The notes under the pieces were generated by a model. The model was given only the letters and a program-made list of their open reading frames with translations. It did no database searches and was not told the DNA's origin. 64,000 nt of DNA from Burkholderiales bacterium (GTDB taxonomy: Bacteria > Pseudomonadota > Gammaproteobacteria > Burkholderiales > Burkholderiaceae_C). Below, piece by piece: positions 33,473-45,175 of this stretch. Where the stretch lies: contig JBBRGA010000001.1 of assembly GCA_038241115.1 (NCBI GenBank), positions 1,319-65,318 of the forward strand, given 5' to 3'. The position numbers and the translations under genes are program-made. How positions within the stretch are numbered: position 1 is the first letter of the stretch; every line of letters begins with the position of its first letter.

Positions 33473-34393
33473 ATGTCTGTTATTACCGCCAAGATGGTTG
33501 CTGAACTGCGAGCCAAAACCGATGCCCCGATGATGGAGTGCAAGCGTGCGCTGACCGAAGCTGAGGGAGACATGGAGCGAGCAGAAGAATTGCTTCGCGT
33601 AAAGCTTGGTAGCAAGGCTGGAAAGGCCGCATCGCGAATTACGGCTGAAGGCGTGGTGGCTGCCTGCATCACTGGCACCACCGGCGCTGTGGTGGAGGTG
33701 AATTGCGAGACCGACTTCGTTTCAAAAAACGACGATTTTTTGGCCTTCAGCCAAGCATGTGCCGACTTGATCGCGCAGCACAACCCGGCCGACATTACGG
33801 CGGTGTCAGCTATGCCTTTGGCCCAAGCCGGATTTGGTCCGACCTTGGAGGATGTGCGTAAAGGTCTGATTGGGAAAATTGGCGAGAACATTGCTGTTCG
33901 TCGTTTCCAACGTTATGCCGACGGTGGCAAACTGGCCTGCTATTTACACGGCACGCGCATTGGCGTCGTTGTGGAGTTTGAAGGAGATGAGTTGGCGGCC
34001 AAAGACATTGCAATGCACGTCGCGGCGATGAAGCCGGTCTCGTTGTCATCTGCCGATGTACCCGTTTCTTTGATCGAAAAAGAGCGTTCGATCGCGTCGC
34101 AGAAAGCAGCGGAGGACGCGGAGGTGGCTAAGGCCGCAGGCAAAGCTCCTCAATCGCCGGAAATAGTGATTAAAAGGGTTGAGGGCTCGGTACAAAAGTA
34201 CTTGAAGGAAGTCAGTTTGCTAAACCAAACGTTCGTGAAGAACGATAAGCAAACTGTCCAGCAAAACTTGATAGAGCGTGCAACGACGGTAAAGGGCTTC
34301 ACGCTGTACGTGGTCGGTGAAGGTATAGAGAAAAAAGTAGATGACTTCGCAGCAGAAGTGGCTGCGCAAGTCGCTGCCGCCAAAACTGCCTGA
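33473..34393 (+). CDS. tsf: Elongation factor Ts
   Basis: 306 aa. [39 protein letters not shown]. Confidence 0.96.
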   Translation: MSVITAKMVAELRAKTDAPMMECKRALTEAEGDMERAEELLRVKLGSKAGKAASRITAEGVVAACITGTTGAVVEVNCETDFVSKNDDFLAFSQACADLIAQHNPADITAVSAMPLAQAGFGPTLEDVRKGLIGKIGENIAVRRFQRYADGGKLACYLHGTRIGVVVEFEGDELAAKDIAMHVAAMKPVSLSSADVPVSLIEKERSIASQKAAEDAEVAKAAGKAPQSPEIVIKRVEGSVQKYLKEVSLLNQTFVKNDKQTVQQNLIERATTVKGFTLYVVGEGIEKKVDDFAAEVAAQVAAAKTA

Positions 34394-34504
34394 ACAAGCA
34401 CATGCGCGGCGCAGTGTGGACCCTGTGGACAGGCGAAACCGTTGCGCAAGCGAGTTTAGACTTACGCGAATGACGCGTCGGCTAAAACAATCGAGGAGTT
34501 TTTA

Positions 34505-35215
34505 ATGCCCGCCTACAAGCGCATCCTTCTCAAACTTTCAGGCGAGGCCCTGATGGGCGACGATGCATACGGAATCAACCGGGCCACCATCGTGCGCATG
34601 GTGCGCGAAGTCCAAGAGGTGACGTTATTAGGTTGTGAAGTGGCGGTGGTCATTGGCGGCGGCAACATCTTCCGCGGCGTTGCCGGTGGCGCTGTGGGCA
34701 TGGACCGTGCCACGGCCGACTACATGGGCATGCTGGCCACGGTGATGAACGCGTTGGCATTGGCCGACACCATGCGCCAAGAGGGAATGGTGGCGCGCGT
34801 GATGTCAGCCATCGGTATCGAGCAAGTGGTCGAGCCTTATGTGCGACCCAAAGCGTTGCAGTACCTTGAGGAAGGCAAGATCGTGATTTTCGCGGCCGGA
34901 ACCGGCAATCCGTTTTTCACCACTGACACAGCGGCGGCGTTGCGCGGGGCAGAAATTGGTGCCCAGATCGTGCTCAAGGCCACCAAGGTGGACGGTGTTT
35001 ACAGCGCAGACCCCAAGAAAGACCCGAACGCAACGCGCTATAGCCACATCACATTTGATGAGGCCATCACCAAAAATTTGCAAGTGCTGGACGCTACTGC
35101 GTTCGCGCTGTGCCGCGATCAAAAGTTGCCCATCAAGGTATTTAGCATCTTTAAACCGGGCGCTCTGAAGCGCGTGGTGCAAGGTGAAGATGAAGGCACT
35201 TTGGTGCACGTTTGA
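34505..35215 (+). CDS. pyrH: UMP kinase
   Basis: 236 aa. [13 protein letters not shown]; [10 protein letters not shown]. Confidence 0.96.
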   Translation: MPAYKRILLKLSGEALMGDDAYGINRATIVRMVREVQEVTLLGCEVAVVIGGGNIFRGVAGGAVGMDRATADYMGMLATVMNALALADTMRQEGMVARVMSAIGIEQVVEPYVRPKALQYLEEGKIVIFAAGTGNPFFTTDTAAALRGAEIGAQIVLKATKVDGVYSADPKKDPNATRYSHITFDEAITKNLQVLDATAFALCRDQKLPIKVFSIFKPGALKRVVQGEDEGTLVHV

Positions 35216-35273
35216 ATTTGAAAAATCGTTGAATTTGATGTCCCTTCATTCAGTCAATACGTAAGTAAACGCC

Positions 35274-35834
35274 ATGAGCATTGCTGAAATCAAAAAGACC
35301 GCTGAAGCCAAAATGGCGCGGTCTGTCGAAGCCCTAAAAAACGACCTTCACAAAATTCGCACGGGCCGTGCGCATCCGGGCATCCTTGACCAAGTTCAGG
35401 TCGAGTACTACGGTGCTCTGGTGCCCATAGGCCAGGTCGCCAACGTCACGCTGCTTGACGCTCGCACCATCAGTGTCCAGCCTTGGGAAAAAGCGCTCGG
35501 CCCCAAAATCGAAAAAGCGATTCGGGAATCGGATTTGGGATTGAATCCTTCAACCCAAGGCGACGTGATTCGCGTGCCAACACCAGCGCTTACTGAAGAA
35601 CGCCGCCGAGACCTGACCAAGGTTGTGCGAAACGAAGGTGAAGACGCCAAAGTGGCGGTTCGCAATCTGCGACGCGACGCCAACGAGCAGGCTAAAAAAC
35701 TGGCCAAAGATAAAGAAATTTCTGAAGACGACGAGCGCCGTTCGCTTGAAGAAGTGCAAAAGCTGACCGACCGCGTGGTGGCTGAAGTCGACCGCATGGT
35801 CAGCGCCAAGGAAGCCGAAATCTTGGCTGTCTGA
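35274..35834 (+). CDS. frr: Ribosome recycling factor
   Basis: 186 aa. [15 protein letters not shown]; [11 protein letters not shown]. Confidence 0.96.
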   Translation: MSIAEIKKTAEAKMARSVEALKNDLHKIRTGRAHPGILDQVQVEYYGALVPIGQVANVTLLDARTISVQPWEKALGPKIEKAIRESDLGLNPSTQGDVIRVPTPALTEERRRDLTKVVRNEGEDAKVAVRNLRRDANEQAKKLAKDKEISEDDERRSLEEVQKLTDRVVAEVDRMVSAKEAEILAV

Positions 35835-36625
35835 TGAAGGCCGACACGCCCGCTCATTTGCGCCCTCTCGCGGCAGCCAAGGAAGCACCGGTATCCATGG
35901 CGCTTACAGCCTTACCACGCCATGTTGCGATCGTGATGGACGGCAACGGACGTTGGGCGAAGAAGCGCTTCATGCCGCGCGTGGTCGGGCACGGTCAAGG
36001 GGTCGACACATTGGTGAAAACAGTTTTGGCCTGTTCAGAACGCGGAATTGAATACCTCACTGTGTTTGCCTTCTCCTCTGAAAACTGGAAGCGACCCAGC
36101 GAAGAGGTTTCGGGCTTGATGGGTCTGGTTTTGGTGGCAGTTTCCAAACACCTCACCAAACTCGCGAGCGTGGGCGTGCGTATCCGTATCGTTGGCGACC
36201 GCTCTCAGGTGTCGGAAAAAGTTCGCGCCGCATGGCAAGAAGCGGAATCGCGCACGGAACACAACACCCGCATCACTTTGTCGGTGGCATTCAATTACGG
36301 TGGTCGTTGGGATGTCATCCAAGCCTGCCAACAGGCGATGAAAGACGGGCTGGCGGCGGATCAAATCACTGAAGCCAGCTTGGCCAGCCGCATGGCCATG
36401 AGCTACGCGCCAGACCCGGATTTATTCATTCGCACCGGCGGAGAAACACGCATCAGCAACTTCTTGCTGTGGCAATCGGCTTACTCAGAATTGGTGTTCA
36501 CCGATTGCCTGTGGCCCGAATTCGGCGAAGCTGAGTTGGACCATGCTTTGGCCGAGTTTGCTCGACGCGACCGCCGCTTCGGCGGCATCAAAGTGCCCGC
36601 CGAAGAGCGCAGCCACAGCAGCTGA
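35834..36625 (+). CDS. uppS: Ditrans,polycis-undecaprenyl-diphosphate synthase
   Basis: HVAIVMDGNGRWA; FSSENWKRP. ATG 35834 overlaps the frr stop by 1 nt. ATG 35897 (MALTALPRH...) is an alternative start. Confidence 0.92.
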   Translation: MKADTPAHLRPLAAAKEAPVSMALTALPRHVAIVMDGNGRWAKKRFMPRVVGHGQGVDTLVKTVLACSERGIEYLTVFAFSSENWKRPSEEVSGLMGLVLVAVSKHLTKLASVGVRIRIVGDRSQVSEKVRAAWQEAESRTEHNTRITLSVAFNYGGRWDVIQACQQAMKDGLAADQITEASLASRMAMSYAPDPDLFIRTGGETRISNFLLWQSAYSELVFTDCLWPEFGEAELDHALAEFARRDRRFGGIKVPAEERSHSS

Positions 36626-36627
36626 CC

Positions 36628-37464
36628 ATGTTGGCGCAGCGCGTCATCACCGCCTTGGTTTTGTTGGCGTTGCTGCTTCCGGCTCTGTTTGCCGCAACTG
36701 CTTGGCCATTTGCGCTTCTGACTTTGGTGTTGATTGCCGCAGCGGGGTGGGAATGGGCAAGGTTGAACGGCGGCGCTCGGCTGGGATGCTTGGTTTTTGG
36801 CGCGATGTTGGCCGGCGCATGTGTTGTCGCTCTCAGCGCGGGTTGGACGGCCCACTCTCCCTCCTCACCTTGGTGGCTGGCGACATTGGTCTGGGTACTG
36901 GGCGGGGCGTGGGTTTTGAGAGCCGGCCCTGCGGGCTGGCCGTCGCTTCCTGGCAGCGTGCGCTGGGCCATTGGATTCGCCGTTCTTTGGACAGCGTGGT
37001 TGGCATTGGCCAGTGCGCGCTACACGGGCATCAATTTCATACTTTCGGTTTTCTGTTTGGTGTGGGCCGCCGACATTGCAGCGTACTTCGGCGGGCGCGC
37101 CTTTGGCAAACGCAAACTCGCCTTGGCCATCAGCCCCGGAAAGAGTTGGGAAGGCGTTTGGAGCGGCATGTTGGGCGTGATGATGATTGCAGCCGCGTGG
37201 ATTGCGATAGACCGTAGCTACGGCGTCGACTCGGCCAGCCTCTACACGCGTTTATTGGAAAGGCATGGGGTTTTCGGCTTGGCGCTGGTCTTGATTTTTT
37301 TAGCAGCGATGAGCGTTGTGGGCGACTTGGTCGAGTCACTTGTCAAGCGAAGCGCAGGGGCCAAAGACAGCAGCGGCCTTCTTCCTGGTCACGGCGGTGT
37401 GCTCGACCGGATAGACGCGTTGCTCCCGGTTTTTCCTTTGGCCCTGGCCATGGTTTCCATTTGA
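36628..37464 (+). CDS. cdsA: Phosphatidate cytidylyltransferase
   Basis: 278 aa, multi-TM. Signature SLVKRSAGAKDSSGLLPGHGGVLDRIDAL. Confidence 0.94.
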   Translation: MLAQRVITALVLLALLLPALFAATAWPFALLTLVLIAAAGWEWARLNGGARLGCLVFGAMLAGACVVALSAGWTAHSPSSPWWLATLVWVLGGAWVLRAGPAGWPSLPGSVRWAIGFAVLWTAWLALASARYTGINFILSVFCLVWAADIAAYFGGRAFGKRKLALAISPGKSWEGVWSGMLGVMMIAAAWIAIDRSYGVDSASLYTRLLERHGVFGLALVLIFLAAMSVVGDLVESLVKRSAGAKDSSGLLPGHGGVLDRIDALLPVFPLALAMVSI

Positions 37465-37465
37465 A

Positions 37466-38689
37466 ATGACAAAAATTTCCACTTCCCACGATTCACGCAC
37501 AGCACGCAAACAGCGAATTTGCATCCTCGGATCCACCGGCTCGGTTGGTACCAGCACCCTGGATGTGTTGTCGCGCCATGCTGAGAAATTTGAAGTTTTT
37601 GCGCTGACCTCGCACAGTCGAGTAGACGAGTTGCTGGCGCAGTGTCTGATTTGGAAGCCGCGCTTTGCTGCGTTGCCCACGCCTGAATTGGCTCGCGCAC
37701 TGCAAGCTCAGTTGCGAGACGCTGGTTCCAACACCGAGGTTCTGGCGGGCCCCAAAGCTTTGTGCGAACTGGCGGCTCATGCGGATGTGGACATGGTGAT
37801 GGCGTCCATCGTCGGCGCTGCGGGATTGCCTTCATGCCTGGCTGCGGCGCATGCCGGCAAGCGTCTGCTGTTGGCGAACAAAGAAGCCTTGGTGGTGGGC
37901 GGCGCACTTTTTATGCAGGCCGTTAAAACCGGCGGCGCCACGCTGCTGCCGATCGACAGCGAACACTCGGCCATTTTTCAATGCTTGCCAGAAGATCGCA
38001 GAGCTTGGGGTTTGCGCATCGACCACATTTTGCTCACCGCTTCAGGCGGCCCTTTTCGCATGCGAGATCCTTCGACGCTCGCCTCGGTGACCCCCGACGA
38101 GGCATGCGCGCATCCTACGTGGGTAATGGGGCGAAAAATTTCAGTCGACTCCGCCACGATGATGAATAAAGCACTAGAGGTGATTGAGGCGCGCTGGTTG
38201 TTTGACTTGGCACCCGAGCAAATCCGAGTCGTCATTCACCCTCAAAGCATCATCCATTCAATGGTGGTGTGCCGTGATCATTCGGTGCTGGCGCAGCTCG
38301 GCACGCCCGACATGCGAGTGCCCATTGCTTACGGCTTGTCCTTTCCCGAACGCATCACTTCAGGCGCTGGCCAGCTCGATTTCACAGCGATGTCGGCGTT
38401 GAATTTTTCAGCGCCCGACCATGCTCTCTATCCGGGCTTGAAGTTGGCATGGCAGAGCCTCAACGCCGCAGCCGGAACGACCGCTGTGCTGAATGCGGCG
38501 AACGAAGTGGCCGTGGCCGCTTTCTTGGACAACGCCATACGTTTTGACCAGATTCACGCGCTCAACCAAAGCGCGCTCGAAACGGTGGCGGTCACGCCCG
38601 AAGACTCGGCTTCTGTCGATGACTTGATTGCCCTCGATCTGCGGACTCGCGCGAGCGCGGAACAACACGTGAAGCGACTCCAAAAATGA
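37466..38689 (+). CDS. dxr: 1-deoxy-D-xylulose 5-phosphate reductoisomerase
   Basis: 407 aa. ILGSTGSVGTSTLDV; LANKEALV; PIDSEHSAIFQCL. Confidence 0.96.
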   Translation: MTKISTSHDSRTARKQRICILGSTGSVGTSTLDVLSRHAEKFEVFALTSHSRVDELLAQCLIWKPRFAALPTPELARALQAQLRDAGSNTEVLAGPKALCELAAHADVDMVMASIVGAAGLPSCLAAAHAGKRLLLANKEALVVGGALFMQAVKTGGATLLPIDSEHSAIFQCLPEDRRAWGLRIDHILLTASGGPFRMRDPSTLASVTPDEACAHPTWVMGRKISVDSATMMNKALEVIEARWLFDLAPEQIRVVIHPQSIIHSMVVCRDHSVLAQLGTPDMRVPIAYGLSFPERITSGAGQLDFTAMSALNFSAPDHALYPGLKLAWQSLNAAAGTTAVLNAANEVAVAAFLDNAIRFDQIHALNQSALETVAVTPEDSASVDDLIALDLRTRASAEQHVKRLQK

Positions 38690-40044
38690 TTTCGACGGTT
38701 CTGGCTTTCATCTTCACTTTGGCTTTGTTGGTGGTGGTGCACGAGTACGGCCATTACCGGGTGGCAGTCGCGTGTGGCGTGAAAGTGTTGCGCTTCTCAG
38801 TGGGTTTTGGTCGCGTGATTTGGCGTCGTCAAGCCACGCCTGACAGCACCGAATTTGTCTTGTGCGTTTTGCCGCTGGGTGGCTATGTCCGCATGTTGGA
38901 CGAGCGCGAGGCCAATGTGAATTCCAACCAGCGACATTTGGCCTTCAACACCAAGCCCTTGTGGCAGCGGGCGAGCGTGGTAGCCGCGGGCCCGATCGCT
39001 AATTTCTTGTTGGCGATCGTGTTGTATGCCTGCGCTCATTGGGTAGGCACCGACGAGCCCAAAGCTGTTTTAAGCGGCCCAACCGTTGGCAGCATTGCCG
39101 AGCGCGCGGGCGTGAGGTCAGGCGACGTGGTGCGTGCGGTTTCGAGCGACGGTGTGGAATGGCAGGATGTCCAGTCATTTGTTGACCTCAGTGGCGAGGT
39201 CAATCGTGCTGTCTTGCACGGCGAAAAGCTCAGCCTGCGTGTCGCGGCTGGCGATGGCGCGTCAGAGCGCAATCTGATGTTGGCGCTTGACAGCCTGGAG
39301 ACGCGCGACGCTGACGCGACCTTGATGCGTCGTATTGGCCTTGGTGCGCCATTCAGCGAAGCGGTATTGGGCGAAGTCAAACCTGCAGGCGCAGCTGCGC
39401 GGGCTGGGTTGCGCAGCGGTGACCGCGTCTTGTCGGTAGACGGTTTGACGATCGCCGACTCGGCCCGGTTGCGCGAGCTGATCCGGGCCAATGCCGCGAA
39501 AACGATGTCATGGAAAATTTCCAGATCCGGCCAGGTCTTGGAGCTTGCTGTCACGCCCGCCAGCACCAGCGAAGGCAGCGCCAAGGTCGGCCGGATCGAG
39601 GCTTTTGTGGGGCAACCCCCGAAGATGGTCAACGTGCAATACGGATTGATAGACGGTGCCGTGAAGGCCGTCACTCGCACGTGGGACATGTCGGCTCTGA
39701 CGCTGTCGATGTTCGGCAAGATGTTGATCGGCGAAGCCTCGTTGAAGAACCTCAGCGGACCGTTGACGATTGCCGATTACGCAGGTCAATCGGCACGCTT
39801 GGGACTGGCCTATTACTTGGGGTTTTTGGCCATCGTCAGCGTGAGTCTGGGCGTGCTGAACCTGCTGCCTTTGCCGGTGCTCGACGGTGGACACCTGATG
39901 TATTATCTTTTTGAAGCTGCCACGGGGCACCCCGTTTCCGACGCGTGGATCGCGCGATTGCAGCGCGGTGGCGTGGCCATCATGCTCATGATGACTTCAC
40001 TCGCGATTTACAACGATGTGGCCCGCCTCCTGGGCCTGCACTGA
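38686..40044 (+). CDS. rseP: RIP metalloprotease (site-2 protease)
   Basis: 452 aa. HEYGHY zinc motif and PDZ segments. NLLPLPVLDGGH. ATGA overlap with dxr. Confidence 0.95.
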   Translation: MISTVLAFIFTLALLVVVHEYGHYRVAVACGVKVLRFSVGFGRVIWRRQATPDSTEFVLCVLPLGGYVRMLDEREANVNSNQRHLAFNTKPLWQRASVVAAGPIANFLLAIVLYACAHWVGTDEPKAVLSGPTVGSIAERAGVRSGDVVRAVSSDGVEWQDVQSFVDLSGEVNRAVLHGEKLSLRVAAGDGASERNLMLALDSLETRDADATLMRRIGLGAPFSEAVLGEVKPAGAAARAGLRSGDRVLSVDGLTIADSARLRELIRANAAKTMSWKISRSGQVLELAVTPASTSEGSAKVGRIEAFVGQPPKMVNVQYGLIDGAVKAVTRTWDMSALTLSMFGKMLIGEASLKNLSGPLTIADYAGQSARLGLAYYLGFLAIVSVSLGVLNLLPLPVLDGGHLMYYLFEAATGHPVSDAWIARLQRGGVAIMLMMTSLAIYNDVARLLGLH

Positions 40045-40053
40045 ACTCACCGC

Positions 40054-42369
40054 ATGCGATCTCATCTACGGTTTGCCTCACGTTCTGCTTCCCATTGCGC
40101 CTCAGCTTTGTCCATAGCCATCGCGGCTGCGTTTCATAGTTCCGCGGCTCTGGCAGTTGAGCCGTTTAAGCTCAAAGATATCCGCGTCGAAGGCCTGCAG
40201 CGCACCGACGCAGGCACCGTCTTTGCCTCCCTGCCATTTCGCATTGGAGACACCTATAGCGACGAAAAGGGCTCGGCTGCCTTGCGCGCTTTGTTTGCGA
40301 CAGGTTTATTCAAAGACGTTCGCATTGAGCTTGACGATGGGGTGGTTGTGATCATCGTCGAAGAACGTTCTGTCATTTCGAGCATTGACTTCGTCGGCTT
40401 GAAAGAATTTGACAAGGAAACACTGACCAAGTCGTTGAAGGACTTTGGAATTGGCGAGGGGCAGCCCTTTGACAAAGCCTTGGCCGACCGCGCCGAGCAA
40501 GAGCTCAAACGCCAGTACCTCACGCGCAGTTTGTACGGCGCCGAAGTCGTCACCACAGTCACGCCGCAAGAGCGCAACCGCGTAAACGTCACGTTCACCA
40601 TCACTGAAGGTTCAATCGCACGCATCAGCGAAATACGAATTGTTGGCAACAGCGCGTTTTCAGAAAGCAGCCTGAAGAATTTGTTCGATTTGAACGACGG
40701 CGGCTGGTTGAATTTCTACACCAAGGCCGATCGTTATTCGCGCGCTAAATTGAACGCCGATTTGGAATCTCTACGGGCTTATTACCTGAATCGCGGTTAT
40801 TTGGAATTCAACGTTGAGTCCACGCAAGTGGCAATTTCTGCCGACAAGCAAGACATCACTTTGACGATCAACGTCAAGGAAGGCCAAGTTTTCACAGTTA
40901 CCGCCGTGAAGTTGGAAGGCGAATACTTGGGCAAGGAGGAAGACTTCAAAACCTTGGTGACTGTGAAGCCGGGTGAGCCTTACCGAGCCGAGGCAGTGGC
41001 CGACACCACCAAAGCGTTTGTTGAGCGCTTTGGCAGCTTCGGTTATGCGTTTGCTCGAATTGATCCCCGCACAGAGATCGACCGCGCAACCGGCCAGGTG
41101 GTGCTGACCTTGGCGGCCGATCCGGCGCGCCGGGTTTATGTGCGGCGAATCAACGTAGCGGGCAACAGCCGCAGCCGGGATGAAGTCGTGCGCCGCGAGT
41201 TCCGCCAATTTGAGTCGAGCTGGTACGACGGTCGAAAAATCAAGCTGTCGCGTGACCGCGTGGATCGACTGGGCTACTTCAGCGAAGTGGCGGTCGAAAC
41301 AAACGAGGTTCCTGGGACGCCTGACCAAGTAGATTTGACGCTCACTATCAAAGAAAAACCCACCGGCAATTTGTTGCTTGGAGCGGGTTTTTCGAGCGCT
41401 GACAAGCTGTCGCTTACCGCGTCCATCAAGCAAGAAAACGTTTTCGGTTCGGGCAACTACTTGGGTTTGGAAATCAACACCAGCAAGTCGGCCCGCACTC
41501 TGGTTCTCAGCACGGTAGACCCTTACTTCACGATTGACGGCATTTCGCGGGCTTTCGATATCTATTACCGCACCACCAAGCCACTGAACAGCCAAGGCGA
41601 GGAATATCAACTCATCACGCCGGGCGCATCCGTGCGCTTCGGAGTTCCATTCAGTGAATTTGACACGGTGTTTTTTGGAGTGGGCTTTGAGCGCACCGAG
41701 ATCCGTGGGACGACTGGCATCCCGCTGAACTACCGCCTTTTCCAAAATCAGTTTGGCTCCAAAAGCACGTCGGTTCCATTAACCATCGGTTGGACCCGTG
41801 ACGGCCGTGACAGCGCATTGGTTCCGACAGAAGGCCGTTATCAGCGTTTGAATTTTGATTGGGGCCTGGCTGGTGATACGCGTTACTTGCGCGCCAATGC
41901 GCAGTACCAGCAGTTCTTTCCTATCGCTCGGCGCTTTACTTTGGCGGTGAACGCCGAAGTCGGCTGGGGCAAAGGTCTGGCGGGGCGGCCGTACCCGATT
42001 TTCAAGAATTTTTACGGTGGCGGTCTGGGCACTGTGCGTGCCTTTGACCAAGGCTCACTCGGGCCGGTGGACGTCGTGGGTTCCTACAACGGCGGCAATC
42101 GACGCGTCAACTTGCAAACCCAGTTTTACCTTCCTGTGCCTGGTACAGGCAATGACAAAACACTGCGCCTGTTCACTTACCTCGACGCGGGCAACGTGTG
42201 GGGTGAGTTTGAAAAAATGACAGCCAGCAGCATCCGCGCATCGGCCGGTTTGGGCATGACTTGGGTATCGCCTGTGGGCCCGCTTCAATTGAGCTACGGC
42301 ACCCCTGTACGCAAGAAGCCAGAAGATAGAATTCAGCGACTGCAATTTCAGATCGGGACCGCGTTCTAA
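40054..42369 (+). CDS. bamA: Outer membrane protein assembly factor BamA
   Basis: 771 aa. Signal peptide, POTRA repeats (IRVEGLQRT...), and a beta-barrel ending ...QFQIGTAF. Confidence 0.95.
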   Translation: MRSHLRFASRSASHCASALSIAIAAAFHSSAALAVEPFKLKDIRVEGLQRTDAGTVFASLPFRIGDTYSDEKGSAALRALFATGLFKDVRIELDDGVVVIIVEERSVISSIDFVGLKEFDKETLTKSLKDFGIGEGQPFDKALADRAEQELKRQYLTRSLYGAEVVTTVTPQERNRVNVTFTITEGSIARISEIRIVGNSAFSESSLKNLFDLNDGGWLNFYTKADRYSRAKLNADLESLRAYYLNRGYLEFNVESTQVAISADKQDITLTINVKEGQVFTVTAVKLEGEYLGKEEDFKTLVTVKPGEPYRAEAVADTTKAFVERFGSFGYAFARIDPRTEIDRATGQVVLTLAADPARRVYVRRINVAGNSRSRDEVVRREFRQFESSWYDGRKIKLSRDRVDRLGYFSEVAVETNEVPGTPDQVDLTLTIKEKPTGNLLLGAGFSSADKLSLTASIKQENVFGSGNYLGLEINTSKSARTLVLSTVDPYFTIDGISRAFDIYYRTTKPLNSQGEEYQLITPGASVRFGVPFSEFDTVFFGVGFERTEIRGTTGIPLNYRLFQNQFGSKSTSVPLTIGWTRDGRDSALVPTEGRYQRLNFDWGLAGDTRYLRANAQYQQFFPIARRFTLAVNAEVGWGKGLAGRPYPIFKNFYGGGLGTVRAFDQGSLGPVDVVGSYNGGNRRVNLQTQFYLPVPGTGNDKTLRLFTYLDAGNVWGEFEKMTASSIRASAGLGMTWVSPVGPLQLSYGTPVRKKPEDRIQRLQFQIGTAF

Positions 42370-42893
42370 TGAAATCACTTTTGAAGACAGTTGCTGTCTG
42401 CGCATCATTGAGCTTGGCAGCCCTGAGCGCACCCTTGCTGGCGCAGGCGCAAGAATTGAAAATTGGATACGTCAACAGCGACCGCGTGCTGCGCGATGCG
42501 CTGCCGGCCAAAGCGGCTCAAACCAAACTCGAGGCCGAATTCAGCAAGCGTGACAAAGACCTCAACGATCTGGCCTCGAAGCTCAAAACAGCCGCTGACA
42601 AACTAGAAAAAGACGCACCCACATTGGCGGAAACAGAGCGCAGCCGCCGTCAACGCGAACTGGTTGAACAAGACCGCGAGATTCAACGCAAACGTCGGGA
42701 ATTCCAAGAAGATCTGAACCAGCGCAAGAACGAAGAACTTTCCGGCGTCGTTGAGCGAGCCAACAAGGTCATCAAACAAATTTTTGAAACTGAGAAGTAC
42801 GATCTGATCTTGCAAGAGGCCGTGTTTGCTGGCCCCAAGGTCGACATCACCGAAAAGGTCATAAAGGCCTTGAACGCGCAAGGTGGCAAGTAA
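42369..42893 (+). CDS. skp: Periplasmic chaperone Skp/OmpH
   Basis: 174 aa. Signal peptide and a coiled-coil Lys/Glu-rich body. TAATG overlap with bamA. Confidence 0.9.
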   Translation: MKSLLKTVAVCASLSLAALSAPLLAQAQELKIGYVNSDRVLRDALPAKAAQTKLEAEFSKRDKDLNDLASKLKTAADKLEKDAPTLAETERSRRQRELVEQDREIQRKRREFQEDLNQRKNEELSGVVERANKVIKQIFETEKYDLILQEAVFAGPKVDITEKVIKALNAQGGK

Positions 42894-43926
42894 GGCCTCG
42901 CGCACATTTCGATTGGGTGACATAGCCGATCAAATTGGCGGAGAACTGATTGGCAACGCTGATCTGCTCATCACCCGAATCGGTCCGCTGGAAGGTGCCA
43001 CGCCGTCCACAATTTCTTTTCTGGCACACCCGAAATACCAAGCGCAATTGGCGTTGAGCCAAGCTGCTTGCGTGATCGTCGGCCCGGCAATGCGCGATGC
43101 TGCATTGGTTCGCGGTTCGGCTCTCATTGCTGTTGATGCCTACCTGACGTTTGCTCGCTTGACTCAGTGGTGGGCAGCACAAACGCGTCCAGCCCCCGAG
43201 GTCGGTGTGCATCCAAGCGCGGTAATCGACGCGACGGCAATACTCGGTGCGCGCGTCTGCATCGGCCCGCTGGCAGTGATTGAAGCGGGCGCTGTGATCG
43301 AGGACGGCGCTGTCATCGGAGCACATTGTTTTATCGGCGCGCATGCGCTCGTCGGCTCAGCTTCGCGCTTCGCAGCGCGCGTTACGTTTGGGGCTGACTG
43401 CAGCATCGGCGAGCGCGGTATTGTGCACAGCGGGGTGGTGATCGGCGCCGACGGGTTTGGCTTTGCTCCGACCGAAGGACGCTGGGAAAAGATAGAGCAA
43501 CTCGGTGCTGTGCGCATAGGCAACGACGTTGAGATCGGCGCCAACAGTTGCATTGATCGAGGCGCTTTGGACGACACCGTGATCGAGGACGGTGTCAAGC
43601 TCGACAACCTGGTCCAAATCGGCCACAACGTGCGCATCGGCGCACACAGCGCGCTCGCAGGCTGCGCTGGCGTGGCGGGCAGCGCAGTGATCGGTGCGCA
43701 TTGCACGGTGGGCGGCGGCGCCATCGTTTTGGGTCATTTGACGCTGGCAGATCACGTCAACATTTCAGCCGCGTCGGTCGTCATGCGCTCTATCTTGAAG
43801 CCCGGAACCTACAGCGGCGTGTTCCCCATCGACGACAATTCCGCGTGGGAAAAAAACGCCGCCACATTGAGACAACTGCACAGTCTGCGGACGCGTTTGC
43901 AGGCCTTGGAGAAAACAAAAACATGA
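42883..43926 (+). CDS. lpxD: UDP-3-O-acylglucosamine N-acyltransferase
   Basis: 347 aa, GTG start. [14 protein letters not shown]-terminus and left-handed beta-helix hexapeptide repeats. Confidence 0.94.
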   Translation: MASKASRTFRLGDIADQIGGELIGNADLLITRIGPLEGATPSTISFLAHPKYQAQLALSQAACVIVGPAMRDAALVRGSALIAVDAYLTFARLTQWWAAQTRPAPEVGVHPSAVIDATAILGARVCIGPLAVIEAGAVIEDGAVIGAHCFIGAHALVGSASRFAARVTFGADCSIGERGIVHSGVVIGADGFGFAPTEGRWEKIEQLGAVRIGNDVEIGANSCIDRGALDDTVIEDGVKLDNLVQIGHNVRIGAHSALAGCAGVAGSAVIGAHCTVGGGAIVLGHLTLADHVNISAASVVMRSILKPGTYSGVFPIDDNSAWEKNAATLRQLHSLRTRLQALEKTKT

Positions 43927-44366
43927 TGATGGACATTCACCAAATTCTGCGCAAATTGCCGCATCGATACCCGTTTTTGCTGGTCGATCGGGTGCTGGAA
44001 GTTGAGAAGGGCAAGCGCATCGTCGCGCTCAAAAACGTCACCATCAACGAGCCATTTTTTGGTGGTCACTTTCCGCACCGGCCCGTCATGCCGGGTGTAT
44101 TGATGTTGGAAGCTTTGGCCCAGGCTGCTGCGTTGCTGGCGTTTGAAACTTTGGGCACCACGCTGGATGACAACACCGTTTACTACTTTGTTGGCATTGA
44201 TGGTGCGCGCTTCAAACGGCCTGTGGAACCGGGTGATCAACTCACCTTGGATGTCACGCTCGACCGAATGCGCTCAGGCATCTTCAAGTTCAAAGCGCGC
44301 GGTTTGGTGGGCGCAGACGTGGCCGTGGAAGCTGACTTGATGTGCACGATGCGCAACATCCAGTAA
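43923..44366 (+). CDS. fabZ: 3-hydroxyacyl-ACP dehydratase
   Basis: ATG 43923 overlaps the lpxD stop (ATGA). [13 protein letters not shown]; [16 protein letters not shown]. The track ORF start at 43701 is a spurious 5' extension. Confidence 0.95.
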   Translation: MMMDIHQILRKLPHRYPFLLVDRVLEVEKGKRIVALKNVTINEPFFGGHFPHRPVMPGVLMLEALAQAAALLAFETLGTTLDDNTVYYFVGIDGARFKRPVEPGDQLTLDVTLDRMRSGIFKFKARGLVGADVAVEADLMCTMRNIQ

Positions 44367-44379
44367 ACGGAACAGCGTC

Positions 44380-45168
44380 ATGGCAAACATTCACGCCAGT
44401 GCCATCATCGCGTCGGGCGCCGAGCTGGGCGAGACCGTCACGGTGGGGCCTTACAGCGTCATCGGTGCGAATGTGAAAGTGGGCGAGGGCACACACATCG
44501 GACCGCACTGCGTGATCGACGGCCACACCACCATCGGTCGCCACAACACAATTTTTCAGTTCTGCTCTCTGGGTGGCGTGCCGCAAGATAAAAAGTACGC
44601 CGGTGAACCCACCGAGCTGCACATCGGCAACGGCAACACCATCCGCGAGTTCTGTACTTTCAATTTGGGCACGGCCCAAGCCGGTGGAGTGACGCGCCTG
44701 GGCGATGAAAACTGGATGATGGCGTACACCCATTTGGCGCACGACTGCCAGGTGGGCAACAAGACCATCTTCGCCAATAACGCACAAATCGCGGGACACG
44801 TCGAAGTGGCTGATTGGGTGATCCTGGGCGCGTTCACCGCGGTGCATCAGTTCGTGAAAATTGGTGCGCACGCCATGACTGGCATGGGCACGATCTTGCT
44901 GCAAGACGCACCGCCGTTTTCGATGATCTCCGGCAACCCGGCGCAGGCACGAAGCTTCAATTTAGAAGGGTTGAAGCGGCGCGGTTTTTCGGGCGAACGT
45001 TTGGCGGCCGTCAAACAAATGCACCGTCTTCTGTACCGACAAGGTCACCCTATGGAAGAAGCGCGAGTGGCCATTCAGGCATTGGTGAGCACCATGCCGG
45101 AAGCCGCCGGTGACATTGCCATGATGGCGGCGTTTCTGGCACGCGCTGATCGCGGCATCGTTCGCTGA
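44380..45168 (+). CDS. lpxA: Acyl-ACP--UDP-N-acetylglucosamine O-acyltransferase
   Basis: 262 aa. Hexapeptide repeats. [14 protein letters not shown]. Confidence 0.95.
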   Translation: MANIHASAIIASGAELGETVTVGPYSVIGANVKVGEGTHIGPHCVIDGHTTIGRHNTIFQFCSLGGVPQDKKYAGEPTELHIGNGNTIREFCTFNLGTAQAGGVTRLGDENWMMAYTHLAHDCQVGNKTIFANNAQIAGHVEVADWVILGAFTAVHQFVKIGAHAMTGMGTILLQDAPPFSMISGNPAQARSFNLEGLKRRGFSGERLAAVKQMHRLLYRQGHPMEEARVAIQALVSTMPEAAGDIAMMAAFLARADRGIVR

Positions 45169-45175
45169 GTCGTCG

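Noticed and set aside
36543-37217. 224-aa plus-strand ORF in an alternative frame overlapping uppS/cdsA.
   Set aside because: The cdsA frame (36628..37464) carries the full CDP-diglyceride synthase signature. The alternative frame is Arg/Gly-rich with no motifs.
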